Part shown: one piece after another, positions 23,009 to 31,780 of the stretch
Layout: each line of letters begins with the position of its first letter
Numbering within the stretch: the stretch's first letter is position 1
NCBI GenBank assembly: GCA_963698035.1
Contig: OY969114.1
Location: 540,001-572,000, forward strand
Length of the DNA: 32,000 nt
From: Candidatus Saccharimonadota bacterium
GTDB lineage: Archaea; Micrarchaeota; Micrarchaeia; Micrarchaeales; Micrarchaeaceae
Direction of reading: 5' to 3'
Translations under genes and position numbers: made by a program
Notes under the pieces: model-generated
Seen by the model: the letters and a program-made list of their open reading frames with translations, nothing else
The model's database searches: none
What the model was told of the DNA's origin: nothing

Positions 23009-23500
23009 TTGGCCAGATGGGTAAGGGCGCAGCACGCCATGGAATACCTTGTCACCTACGGATGGGCGATCCTCATCATCATGATAGTCCTGGTCGTGCT
23101 CCTCGTTCTTGGCTTATTCAGTTCCGGTACCTACGTAAGCGATACTTGCACGCTGCCAAATGGATTTGAGTGCCAGTCATCCCTTCTCGTTACAAACAAC
23201 GGTCTTCTTACATTCACTGTGGTGCAGTATACCGGCACTCCTATAGTGCTGACCGCAGTTGGCTGCAGCTCAAACCAGTCGACCCTCTACAACACTCCTC
23301 TCTCGCCTCCGGAAGGGGTTGAAGTAGGAGGCAGTGCAACCCTTACGACAAGTTGTTACCAGGGTAGCACAATATTCAAAGGCGGCATAGGCTCCGTCTA
23401 TCACGGTTATCTGGTAATAAACTACACGAACAACGTCACGGGCCTATCGCATCTTGCGGTAGGCGCAGTAGTCTTCAAGGTCAAGGCGGTATCACCATAA
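23009..23500 (+). CDS. Class III signal-peptide pilin-like domain; N-terminal portion of a frameshifted paralogue of 8054-9673
   Basis: The N-terminus is 'MARWVRA|QHAMEYLVTYGWAILIIMIVLVVL'. The start codon is TTG where the paralogue has ATG. The ORF ends ('KVKAVSP*') exactly where the paralogue enters its Ser/Thr linker. Confidence 0.7.
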   Translation: MARWVRAQHAMEYLVTYGWAILIIMIVLVVLLVLGLFSSGTYVSDTCTLPNGFECQSSLLVTNNGLLTFTVVQYTGTPIVLTAVGCSSNQSTLYNTPLSPPEGVEVGGSATLTTSCYQGSTIFKGGIGSVYHGYLVINYTNNVTGLSHLAVGAVVFKVKAVSP

Positions 23501-24624
23501 TTACTACTACCCTTCTCTCTGCCTCGACCTCCGTCACCACCACCTCCATTAAATCCTCCACCACCCTAAAATCCTCCTCCACCACCCTAAAATCCTCCAC
23601 AACCACTACAACTATACCTTATGTCCCTCTAACGTTGACAAATTCGCAAAGCACAGCCACATCTTCAAACTTCCAGCAGAGTGTAACCGTTACACCGAGT
23701 GCCTGCTCTGGATGTTACCCATACATAAACGCCAACTGGTCGAATGTCGAGTTCAGCACCGGAGTCGGATCGAGTGGTCCGAGCGGCCCATTAGATGCAT
23801 GGATAGAGAGCGGGGCAAGCAATACAGCCGCAAGCACACTCATCTGGGTCAATCTGACCTCGAGTACAATAGCAGGAAGCGGAGGAACCCTCACAATATA
23901 TATGAGCTTCATGCCGACTACTTCTCCTGTGACAAGTGGTTATACCGGCTACGCCCCACAGTTCTTCTGTGCAAGCGGCTGTGCGCAAACCAGCTATGGT
24001 CAGTATGACAATGGGGAGAGTGTATTCACATACTACCAGCCTTTCGGCGGCCTTTCAACCCTGCCTACAGGCTGGGCATTTTCAGGCACTGCCTCCAATG
24101 TGGTGTTTGCCACCAACGACCTTACCATAATTGGCACTGGAACTACCAGGGTGAACTTATATTCAAATGTTGTATCAACAGAGCAAACAGTCAACTTCCC
24201 AGTTGATATTGATACATTGGCGAACTTCACGCTGCCAGTCTCGCAAATATTCGGCACAGGATTTGTTTTAGAAGGACCAACGCTTGCGACATCAGGATGC
24301 CCCGTGAATACGTACGCGGGGACGTATATTAGAAGCTCTAGTGTTGTCACAGTTTGCTCTGATGCTAAGATAAGGTCTGGCAATGTCGTATCATTGGTGA
24401 CGCAGGTTTGGACCACCTATATACCGAACACAGCATCTTTAACGAGCTATGCATCCTATACTAATCCGAAAACAGAAGCCATAAGCGCACCGACGGCAAA
24501 TGATGTTTATCAAGTATTCACAACACAAAACAGTATAATACCATCACTGATATATTGGACAAGAACAAGGACGCCGCCGCCAAACAATATCCAGCCCGCA
24601 GTCAGCTTCGGCTCTTTTGTCTAG
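23493..24624 (+). CDS. Ser/Thr linker + DUF2341/LamG-like region; continuation of 23009-23500 in another frame (no signal peptide of its own)
   Basis: This frame is open from 23368. It reads '..TIITTTLLSASTSVTTTSIKSSTTLKSSSTTLKSSTTTTTIPYVPLTLTNSQ...', colinear with 8054-9673. The span 23009-24624 is 1616 nt, which is 539 codons minus 1 nt. The track ORF (TTG at 23635) covers only the distal part. Confidence 0.65.
23551..23604 (+). repeat. Tandem 18/21-nt coding repeat (KSSTTL / KSSSTTL / KSSTT..) in the Ser/Thr linker
   Basis: The units 'aaatcctccaccacccta', 'aaatcctcctccaccacccta' and 'aaatcctccacaacc' follow one another. The paralogue at 8617-8650 has a single unit. Confidence 0.8.
23599..24075 (+). 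repeat. 477-bp block identical to 8642-9118
   Basis: See the entry for 8642-9118. Confidence 0.9.
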
Positions 24625-24677
24625 CAAGCTCAGAGCTTGAACCTGTCTAAAGTCCTCTTCCCGCTGCGATTTGGGAG

Positions 24678-26105
24678 TCAGCCCTTGGTGACTCCAAGGG
24701 GAACCATGCGCGCCACAATGTCCGATATTTTCGCCGCTTGTATGGTAGATACCACAGCGTCAACATCCTTGTAGACCCACTCAGCCTCCTCGCTCACCAG
24801 CTTATTGCTCCTCACCCTCATCTCTATGCCCTTCCTCTTCATCTCGTCCAGCGTCCTTGATGACGGAATCTCGCGCAGCGCCTGGTGCCGTGACATTACC
24901 CTGCCAGCTCCGTGGCAGGATGAGCCGAAGGTCTCAAGCATGCTCTCCTTCCTTCCTGAGAGTACGTAGCTCGCGGTCCCCATGCTGCCTGGAATGAGGA
25001 CAGGCTGCCCATGCGACCTATAGAGGGGCGTCACCTCCTGCCTGTCAGGCCCGAAAGCCCTGGTCGCCCCCTTCCTGTGAACATAAAGCTTCATCCTCTT
25101 CCCGTCAACAACGTGCTCCTCGAGCTTTGCGGTATTGTGGCAGAGGTCGTAGACAAGCTCCATCCCAAGCTCTTCTGCGCTTTTGCCGAACGTGTCCGCG
25201 AAGCTCTTCCTTATGAAGTGGGTCATTATCTGCCTGTTCACGAATGCAAAGTTTATCGCAGAGCACATCGCGGCCCAGTAGCTCTCAGCCTCCCTGCTGT
25301 CTATGCGGGCGTAGCCCAGCTCCGGGTCCGGAACGCTTATGTTGTTCCTCTTCTGGTAGTCAATGAGGATCCTTAGGTAGTCGCTGCAGATCTGGTGACC
25401 GTAACCGCGCGAGCCGCTGTGCAGCATCACCACCACCATATCCTTCTCAAGCCCGTAGAGCTTTGCTATTTTATCATCCAATATCTTGTCCACCTTCTGC
25501 ACCTCCGCGAAGTGGTTGCCTGCGCCGAGCGTGCCAAGCTGCTGCATGCCCCTCTTCTTCGCAAGGTCGCTGACTATCTCATAATCCGCTCCCTTCATAT
25601 GGGTCCCTTCCTCGACCCTCTCAGGATCGTTAGGGAAGCCGTAACCCCTCTCCACTATGTAGCCTACACCCTCTGTGGCTATCATTCTGAGGTCCTTATG
25701 GGTGAAGCCAAGCTGCATCTTACTTCCAACACCACTTGGCACGTTCCTAAACATTGCATCCATCAGGGTCTTTATCTTTGGCTTGAGCTCCTTCTCGGTT
25801 ATGTTCGTCTTTATCAGTCTTACCCCGCATCCGATGTCAAAGCCTATGCTACCAGGAGAGAGTATTCCGTCATCTGCATCGAATGCCGCCACTCCACCTA
25901 TCGGGAAGCCGTAGCCCTCGTGGCCATCCGGCATTACAAGCATGTTCTTTACTATCGAGGGGAGGCACGCCGCGTTGGCTGCCTGCCTCAGCGTCCTGTC
26001 TTTTTTCATATTCTCCATTATTGCAGAGTTTGCATATACCCTCACAGGAACCTTCATGTCACCCTCCTTTCCAAGCTCCCAGAGGTAATTATTTATCTTT
26101 TCCAT
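24678..26105 (-). CDS. rtcB: RNA-splicing ligase RtcB (3'-phosphate/5'-hydroxyl RNA ligase)
   Basis: 475 aa. It carries 'MPDGHEGYGFPIGGVAAFD', 'GAGNHFAEVQ', 'LHSGSRGYGHQ', 'CHNTAKLEEH' and 'SCHGAGR'. I see no intein. Confidence 0.97.
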   Translation of the reverse strand: MEKINNYLWELGKEGDMKVPVRVYANSAIMENMKKDRTLRQAANAACLPSIVKNMLVMPDGHEGYGFPIGGVAAFDADDGILSPGSIGFDIGCGVRLIKTNITEKELKPKIKTLMDAMFRNVPSGVGSKMQLGFTHKDLRMIATEGVGYIVERGYGFPNDPERVEEGTHMKGADYEIVSDLAKKRGMQQLGTLGAGNHFAEVQKVDKILDDKIAKLYGLEKDMVVVMLHSGSRGYGHQICSDYLRILIDYQKRNNISVPDPELGYARIDSREAESYWAAMCSAINFAFVNRQIMTHFIRKSFADTFGKSAEELGMELVYDLCHNTAKLEEHVVDGKRMKLYVHRKGATRAFGPDRQEVTPLYRSHGQPVLIPGSMGTASYVLSGRKESMLETFGSSCHGAGRVMSRHQALREIPSSRTLDEMKRKGIEMRVRSNKLVSEEAEWVYKDVDAVVSTIQAAKISDIVARMVPLGVTKG

Positions 26106-26343
26106 TCCACCATACTCATTTCAGTCCAATCGCTTTGAGAAGGCGCGCAAACTGCTTTTTGTCAACCCTTTCAATCTTCATATATCCTATTATCTCCCTT
26201 TTGTTTATCCCTATTAAAATATGACATGCTCCTATTTATTCATTTTCATTGCGATACTTAATATCGTGCCATATCTGAGTCTAGCGACCTTTCCGATGCT
26301 CAATCGACTGCTGTAGGAACTTGCGCCTTCAGGCGCGGAGGAG

Positions 26344-28059
26344 TCATTTTTTGTAATACAGTTTTAAATTTACGAACGACTGCGGCAGGAAAGTCTGCTG
26401 CATCGGTAGCGGAATGCCGTAAGTCGAAAGGTTTCCAATAATCGGATCGAGAACAAGTTGCCAGTTCGAGCAATTGTTGTTTACGAAATCAACCCAAGTA
26501 TAGTTGGAGTTGAGAACCCAACCTGTACCATTGAACACCGGATACGGACCCGAATTAAGTATTGCATATGATCCATTTGGCGCCGCTACGCAGAAGCTAC
26601 CATTCGCACCGTATAAGTAAAATCTGCTGAGGTTGTCGAAGTGCATGTAGATCATAGGCGTGTCGGGAAATCCAGATTGGTAATAGATGGGTGTGTTGTT
26701 CGGCAGCGCCTGCAGGTAGTTTGCTATCGGTGCGTTGCTGTAGAGCTGGTATTCATTGGACAAGTAGTTGTATACGTCAACCACAAACGCATTCTCAAGC
26801 AGCGCTAGCACTACAAGCCCGGCTATCGCACCCCAAACAATTTTCCTTGTTCTGCTGCGTGCCGATTTAACAAAGCTCACCGCTCCCATGGCAAGTAGTA
26901 TGGCTGTGGGCACCGCAAGAAGCATCAGGTACCTCGGGAGCTTTGGTGGAGTTGAATAGCTAAGCAAATTGAGGCTTATCGTGTTCGGGCCTATTGTAAG
27001 ATAAGCTAGTATGAAAATAATCCATGCAATGAAGAAGTAAGAGCTCTTCTCCTTTCTGAGCAAGAGATACAGGCTTACCGGAATCACTGCATAGAAGTAG
27101 AGACCTGCCTGGTTAATGTTGTAATCATATGTGCTAATAAAATAAGTTATCTGAGAAAGAGTCGACAGGCTGCCGCTCTGTAGCATTGCGACAATCTTAT
27201 ACGGAAACATATAAGGCAGGTAGTAACCGAATTCCAAAAACTCAGATGGGGCCCCGGCAGTCTGGGCATAACCATAAAGGCTTTGAAACTCCCAAAGTGG
27301 ATTCCCCGAGCCAGAAAGGAAATAACCGGCAATCAAAACTATCACAATCCCCAAGGCTATCCCGGCAACAGCAAATCCCACCTCTTTCAACGAAATCTTT
27401 TTGCATGAGGCCAAGAATACAGTGCACAGGAGCAAGAATACAATGAATTCGATGCTCTGTGGAGTAGCAAAAACGGAAAGTACAGCAACGGTCCCCGCCG
27501 TGAAGAGCCATTTTCCTGACTTGTATCTGATGCCGAGCAGAAATGCTAGGGCCATCAGCGCAGTCATGAACATCATTATTGTGTCATCGTCTACCGTTGT
27601 AGCGTAGGTCACAACTACTGGTGAAAGCGCCACCAATGCAGCAGCCAGAAGCCCCACTTTGTAGTCGTACATTTCTTTTGCCAGAAAGAATGTGATTGAC
27701 ACTGTGAGTAAATATGCTAGCACATTCCACATTGCACTCTGTACAGGTCCCGGCCCAAAGATGTAATCAAAAAAGGCTATAGGTACATTAACCATGAACC
27801 TAGAGAGGAGCAACGGCGGCAGTGTATATCCCGGAAGTGCTGTGTACGGGGAGTAGCCTGCTGATAAAGCATATCCTATCGCGGAATAGTACCAGTCGTC
27901 GCCTTCACTAGAAGGGCCTATAAAATATACCGCAGAGAAAACAACCGTGAATGCCAGGATTGCAGCAAGGCCAACATATCCTATTACTTCAGCGTTTTTC
28001 TTACTTTGACCCAAATGTCTTCGAAGCCCCTTCTTTTTCTTACTGCTATTTGCAATCAT
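26344..28059 (-). CDS. GT-C fold membrane glycosyltransferase, ArnT/PMT_2 (GT39/GT83-like) family
   Basis: 571 aa. A basic N-terminus and first TM helix are followed by the acidic loop 'SSEGDDWYYSAIGYAL', like the DE/DD motif of the first extracytoplasmic loop. There are ~12 TM helices and a C-terminal soluble domain with several N-x-S/T sites. Confidence 0.65.
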   Translation of the reverse strand: MIANSSKKKKGLRRHLGQSKKNAEVIGYVGLAAILAFTVVFSAVYFIGPSSEGDDWYYSAIGYALSAGYSPYTALPGYTLPPLLLSRFMVNVPIAFFDYIFGPGPVQSAMWNVLAYLLTVSITFFLAKEMYDYKVGLLAAALVALSPVVVTYATTVDDDTIMMFMTALMALAFLLGIRYKSGKWLFTAGTVAVLSVFATPQSIEFIVFLLLCTVFLASCKKISLKEVGFAVAGIALGIVIVLIAGYFLSGSGNPLWEFQSLYGYAQTAGAPSEFLEFGYYLPYMFPYKIVAMLQSGSLSTLSQITYFISTYDYNINQAGLYFYAVIPVSLYLLLRKEKSSYFFIAWIIFILAYLTIGPNTISLNLLSYSTPPKLPRYLMLLAVPTAILLAMGAVSFVKSARSRTRKIVWGAIAGLVVLALLENAFVVDVYNYLSNEYQLYSNAPIANYLQALPNNTPIYYQSGFPDTPMIYMHFDNLSRFYLYGANGSFCVAAPNGSYAILNSGPYPVFNGTGWVLNSNYTWVDFVNNNCSNWQLVLDPIIGNLSTYGIPLPMQQTFLPQSFVNLKLYYKK

Positions 28060-28290
28060 AAAGTGTCAAGCAATTCATGCAGATAAGTTATAAATACATA
28101 ACCATGGTAAAGTAACAGTTCAAGATTTTTACGGTATCGAAGGAAAGCCCGATTTCAAGATGTTTTATAGGTTCATGACTATAATATTCAAAAATATCAA
28201 AAGAAATGAATAAAGTCGCAAAGCCCATGAGAATGTAGAATTTAATAGTCTTGCATCCCATGTAACGAATTTAAGCCTTGCCGATTCATA

Positions 28291-29037
28291 ATGTTATCAG
28301 CGCTGATTAAGATGTATGATCTGGTAGTTGTGATACCCACGCACAACGAAGAGAGGTTCATAGGCGAGGCTCTGGACGGAGTTAACAAAGCCGTGTCAAA
28401 GTTGTTTAGCAAATACATTATAGCAGTGGCGGATGCCGTTTCTGTAGATTCCACAAGGGACATAGTCGAAAGGGCAGCAGCGAAGAACAGCAACATCAAG
28501 CTTGTAAAATACCCAAAGGCCGGAAGGGTCGGTCACGACATAATGCACACGATGCTGAAGTACAAGGCCAAGCTGTACTTCTACCTTGATGTTGACCTGC
28601 TGCCCAGCCTCAAGCACCTCGGTGTTGCTTTGAAGATGGAAAAGTGTGGATGTGATTTGGTGATCGGAACGAGGTACGCCCCATCAAGCAGGACAACTAG
28701 ACCGCGGCTCAGGCATGTCGCTTCAAAAATCTATAATAAGCTAGGAAATTTGCTCTGGAACGAGAAAATAACCGATCATGGCTGCGGTTTTAGGATTTTT
28801 GACGGAGAGGCGTTCGAAATAATAGCAAAAAGTTCAAGAGAGGAACACTGGGCGTGGGACAAAGAAATACTTCTCATAGCCAGAGAGAATGGCTTCAAGA
28901 TCTGCGAGGTGCCTATCCTATGGGTGGAAAGGCGCTCTGGAAGGACACCTATAAAGAGGCTTGCCGGAGATACTGTATATGAAGGTCTGGCGCTGCTGCG
29001 GCTGTTTTGGAGGTTCAGGATCAGCAACTGGTCTTGA
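28291..29037 (+). CDS. Family-2 glycosyltransferase, polyprenyl/dolichyl-phosphate sugar synthase-like (DPM1/GtrB/ArnC type)
   Basis: It carries 'DLVVVIPTHNEERFIGEAL', the DxD-like 'FYLDVDL', and 'GCGFRIF...EILLIARENGFKICEVPILWVER'. It is 248 aa with no TM anchor. Confidence 0.8.
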   Translation: MLSALIKMYDLVVVIPTHNEERFIGEALDGVNKAVSKLFSKYIIAVADAVSVDSTRDIVERAAAKNSNIKLVKYPKAGRVGHDIMHTMLKYKAKLYFYLDVDLLPSLKHLGVALKMEKCGCDLVIGTRYAPSSRTTRPRLRHVASKIYNKLGNLLWNEKITDHGCGFRIFDGEAFEIIAKSSREEHWAWDKEILLIARENGFKICEVPILWVERRSGRTPIKRLAGDTVYEGLALLRLFWRFRISNWS

Positions 29038-31069
29038 ATATCCTTATCACACTCGAGGAGCTGTCAGTGGCGTTGTACACTTCCTGGAAATTGGGCGAAT
29101 TCAAGAATCTGCTCTGGTTCATCGGCTCGCAGTTATACTGCGAGCCCTTCTGCGTTATGTTCTCTATTACCACGTAGCTTATATTGTACTGATTAATCAA
29201 GCCACAACTCGGGGCTAAGAAGAAACTGTTTATTGCCTGGCTGGCGCTGTTCGGATTGAAGTTGGGCTGGTTTATGCCATTGTTATAATTGTATGTATAG
29301 ATATCCAGAACCGTGCTCCTTCCCGCTATCGTACCCACAAAATCTTCCGTATAAACATAACAGTTAGACTGGAATATCGCATGGGGCGACGTGTTATTTA
29401 TTATCCAAGCGCTCGCGCTTATCTCAAGTGGTGTGGCTATCGTGTAAGGGCAGGCCAGTATGCACCAGTCAGCAAGCCATCCGCTGAAAGTTGCAAGGAA
29501 AAAGAGCGCTACCACAAGGACCTTCAGTGGTAAGCCGCGCCACCCTTTCTTCCATGTAAACATCTTGTAGAGCAGGAGAGTCGCGGCAAGGGCCAGGAAA
29601 AGGACAAACCACAGAGTTATCTTGTTGTTGTCCCCACCTGAGGGCTGCAAACTGTAAATATTAATTATAATGAAAGTTATAATAGCAGGTGCGAAAGCGA
29701 TAAAATTGGCCTTTCTGAAATATATGAAACCTATAACTCCGAGAGGCAGCGTTATGCCTATGGCCTCGAGCCAGAACTCTAGGTGCGCTATGAGGATCCC
29801 CCAGGGCGCAAGGTTTTGTGAATACCAATAATTCATATTTATTATCTGTGAGATAAACCCAGAATCCAGATGCTGTGACAGTATGTAAAAGACCAGGGGC
29901 AGTGCAATTGCTATGGCTATGGCTCCAAATACAATCCACGGCCAGACCCTGCGTTTTATCTCTACCATATTTATCCTGCCCCACTTCCTCAGCATGGAAT
30001 AGACAAACAGAACCGCGCAGAACACAAGAAGGAACTCTAGCGATACTGGATGTATGAGTGGCATGAGGCCTGTCAGGAGGCCGAGAAATGCCAGCGAAGC
30101 AAGCGACTTAGTTTCAAGCTTTTTCTTGATGGTGCCAGGTTCGAGGAACAGCATGTAAAGAGCAGAGATTATGACCAGCGCATAAGGGAAGCCGAGCAGA
30201 TAGTCATTCTGGATCACAAGATTCCCCTCAAATGGGTCTGTGAAGTTGAAGTAGGAAGAAGTTAGGAGACCACTGAAGTTTTGCTTACCCATGCTCTGTA
30301 TCAGTGTTGCTGGCATATTTGACGGCCCCCAGTTAAAATAATACCAGATGACGAAGTTGAAGCCCAAGCTGAAGAACAGGAACATCAATATTGCGACAGC
30401 CGATATTTTGTAGTTTTTGCATAGAAGGGTTAGGAAAAACATGAGCATACCTGCAAGCGAGAACCACAACAAGAATTTCATCGCATTGAATGCCCAGACT
30501 ATGCTGAAGCCGTTATAGAACAGGATTGCAGAGTAAAAGTCCGTTATGAAGGGAAAAACAGTTTTGGCACCATAGGAATAGGGATAAACCGGGGGAAAAC
30601 CCGTGTATATCAGCGACTGCCCGTAACCGAGATGGGCTAAAAGGTCCCCGCCGTAGTTTGAGCTCGCCAATACGGTGCCGTTCGCGCTATAGCTGAGGGC
30701 AAATGCCTGGAAAATAATCAGCATTGCAGCCAGCGCAAATATGCATGCATGGAGGCCTTTGCTTTTGCGTATCTCCGAGACAAACCCCTTTATGCTGAAT
30801 GGGTTGCTCTTCGACCTATTCAGCAGACAGTACGAAAGGAGCGCCTCAATCACTACAACAATCACGAGCGTCCAATCGAGGAAAACGCCGTTTATCACCT
30901 CTAGGGCCAGCACCATGTAAGCAGAAATCGCAAACCCGATCGGTATTCCGGCAGCGTACTGGAATATCCTCTTGTTTAAAAATCTGGAAAGGAAAAAGTT
31001 TACCAGGACTATGCCGAACACTATGCTGGCAACATAGAAAGCGATCCCCAGTAGTGGCGTAAGTAACAT
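29021..31069 (-). CDS. Large polytopic membrane protein with C-terminal soluble domain, GT-C-like (putative lipid-carrier-dependent glycosyltransferase); family uncertain
   Basis: ~682 aa from the ATG at 31069 ('MLLTPLLGIAFYV'), with more than 12 TM helices. An early loop reads 'SSNYGGDLLAHLGYGQSLIYTGFPPVYPYSYG'. A TATA-like 'TATTTAATTTAT' (minus strand, ~31087-31098) sits about 25 nt upstream. The 40 aa before that in the track ORF look non-coding. The 3' end overlaps the GT2 gene by 17 nt. Confidence 0.5.
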   Translation of the reverse strand: MLLTPLLGIAFYVASIVFGIVLVNFFLSRFLNKRIFQYAAGIPIGFAISAYMVLALEVINGVFLDWTLVIVVVIEALLSYCLLNRSKSNPFSIKGFVSEIRKSKGLHACIFALAAMLIIFQAFALSYSANGTVLASSNYGGDLLAHLGYGQSLIYTGFPPVYPYSYGAKTVFPFITDFYSAILFYNGFSIVWAFNAMKFLLWFSLAGMLMFFLTLLCKNYKISAVAILMFLFFSLGFNFVIWYYFNWGPSNMPATLIQSMGKQNFSGLLTSSYFNFTDPFEGNLVIQNDYLLGFPYALVIISALYMLFLEPGTIKKKLETKSLASLAFLGLLTGLMPLIHPVSLEFLLVFCAVLFVYSMLRKWGRINMVEIKRRVWPWIVFGAIAIAIALPLVFYILSQHLDSGFISQIINMNYWYSQNLAPWGILIAHLEFWLEAIGITLPLGVIGFIYFRKANFIAFAPAIITFIIINIYSLQPSGGDNNKITLWFVLFLALAATLLLYKMFTWKKGWRGLPLKVLVVALFFLATFSGWLADWCILACPYTIATPLEISASAWIINNTSPHAIFQSNCYVYTEDFVGTIAGRSTVLDIYTYNYNNGINQPNFNPNSASQAINSFFLAPSCGLINQYNISYVVIENITQKGSQYNCEPMNQSRFLNSPNFQEVYNATDSSSSVIRIFKTSC

Positions 31070-31301
31070 AATCTTCCTTTCGGGATAAATTAAATACGCA
31101 GTATTATAATTGTTGTTTTTAATTAGGATGCGCCCTTGCCGATCAGCCCGCTTGAAGCGGACTGCACTTACAATACCAATTGATATCACTTGATGTTATT
31201 TAATATATATCATCAGATTTTTAGGTGGTTTTTATTCGTTTTGCTGTGTAGCTTTTATCGTGGGAGAAGGCTTAAATAACAGAGAAGGCGAAGATGGTGT
31301 G

Positions 31302-31766
31302 ATGGATATTAAAAATTGTGATATTTGCAGATATGCTAAGCTTGATAAACCACTATACCAGACAAGATACTGGAGGGTTGTAATAGCAACAGACGACCAA
31401 AAACTGCTAGGTAAATGCTATGTTTCATTGAAACGGCATTGCGAGAGTCTATCGCAGATAGAGCCAGCAGAGTGGAACGATTTAAGAAAGCTCATCAAAA
31501 AGCTAGAGACTTCGTTTAAGAAAACCTTTGGTGCTACAATGTTCAATTGGAATTGCTATATGAACGATGCTTATCAGGTAAAACCTTCGCACCCTCACAT
31601 ACATTGGCATTTCAGACCCAGATATAACCATAAAGTTACTTTTGCTGGAATGACTTTCTATGACAAAGATTTTGGTCATGCATCAGTTGGAGAGAAAAGA
31701 AAAGTATCAGAAAAGAATTTGGAACTAATCAGCAACAAAATAAAGATGGCGCTTCAATTAGATTAA
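31302..31766 (+). CDS. HIT (histidine triad) family hydrolase
   Basis: The histidine triad is 'SHPHIHWHF' and there is an N-terminal 'CDICRY' CxxC. The ATG at 31302 is preferred to the GTG at 31260. Confidence 0.78.
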   Translation: MDIKNCDICRYAKLDKPLYQTRYWRVVIATDDQKLLGKCYVSLKRHCESLSQIEPAEWNDLRKLIKKLETSFKKTFGATMFNWNCYMNDAYQVKPSHPHIHWHFRPRYNHKVTFAGMTFYDKDFGHASVGEKRKVSEKNLELISNKIKMALQLD

Positions 31767-31780
31767 TATGAGAGAGATTT

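Noticed and set aside
23500-23604. Short periodic repeats that could suggest a CRISPR-like or satellite array
   Set aside because: The units are 18-21 nt, directly adjacent with no spacers, in frame, and encode the Ser/Thr linker of the adhesin-like protein. They are a coding tandem repeat, not a CRISPR array.
25395-26138. 247-aa plus-strand ORF antisense to rtcB
   Set aside because: rtcB is unambiguous on the minus strand. The antisense product is His/Leu/Arg-rich with no motifs.
26106-26343. 238-bp AT-rich spacer upstream of rtcB with a 20-codon ORF ('MKIERVDKKQFARLLKAIGLK', minus strand) and a GCGCCT/AGGCGC hairpin (~26318-26335) just downstream of the GT-C gene stop
   Set aside because: The mini-ORF is too short and unsupported. 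The hairpin may be a terminator-like element, but archaeal terminators are usually oligo-T tracts and none follows it. It may merit RNA-seq but is not callable from sequence.
31070-31189. 40-aa N-terminal extension of the 722-aa track ORF ('MISIGIVSAVRFKRADRQGRILIKNNNYNTAYLIYPERKI')
   Set aside because: It contains the likely TATA element for the gene (minus strand ~31087-31098) and is AT-rich and non-membrane. The ATG at 31069 begins directly with the first TM helix.
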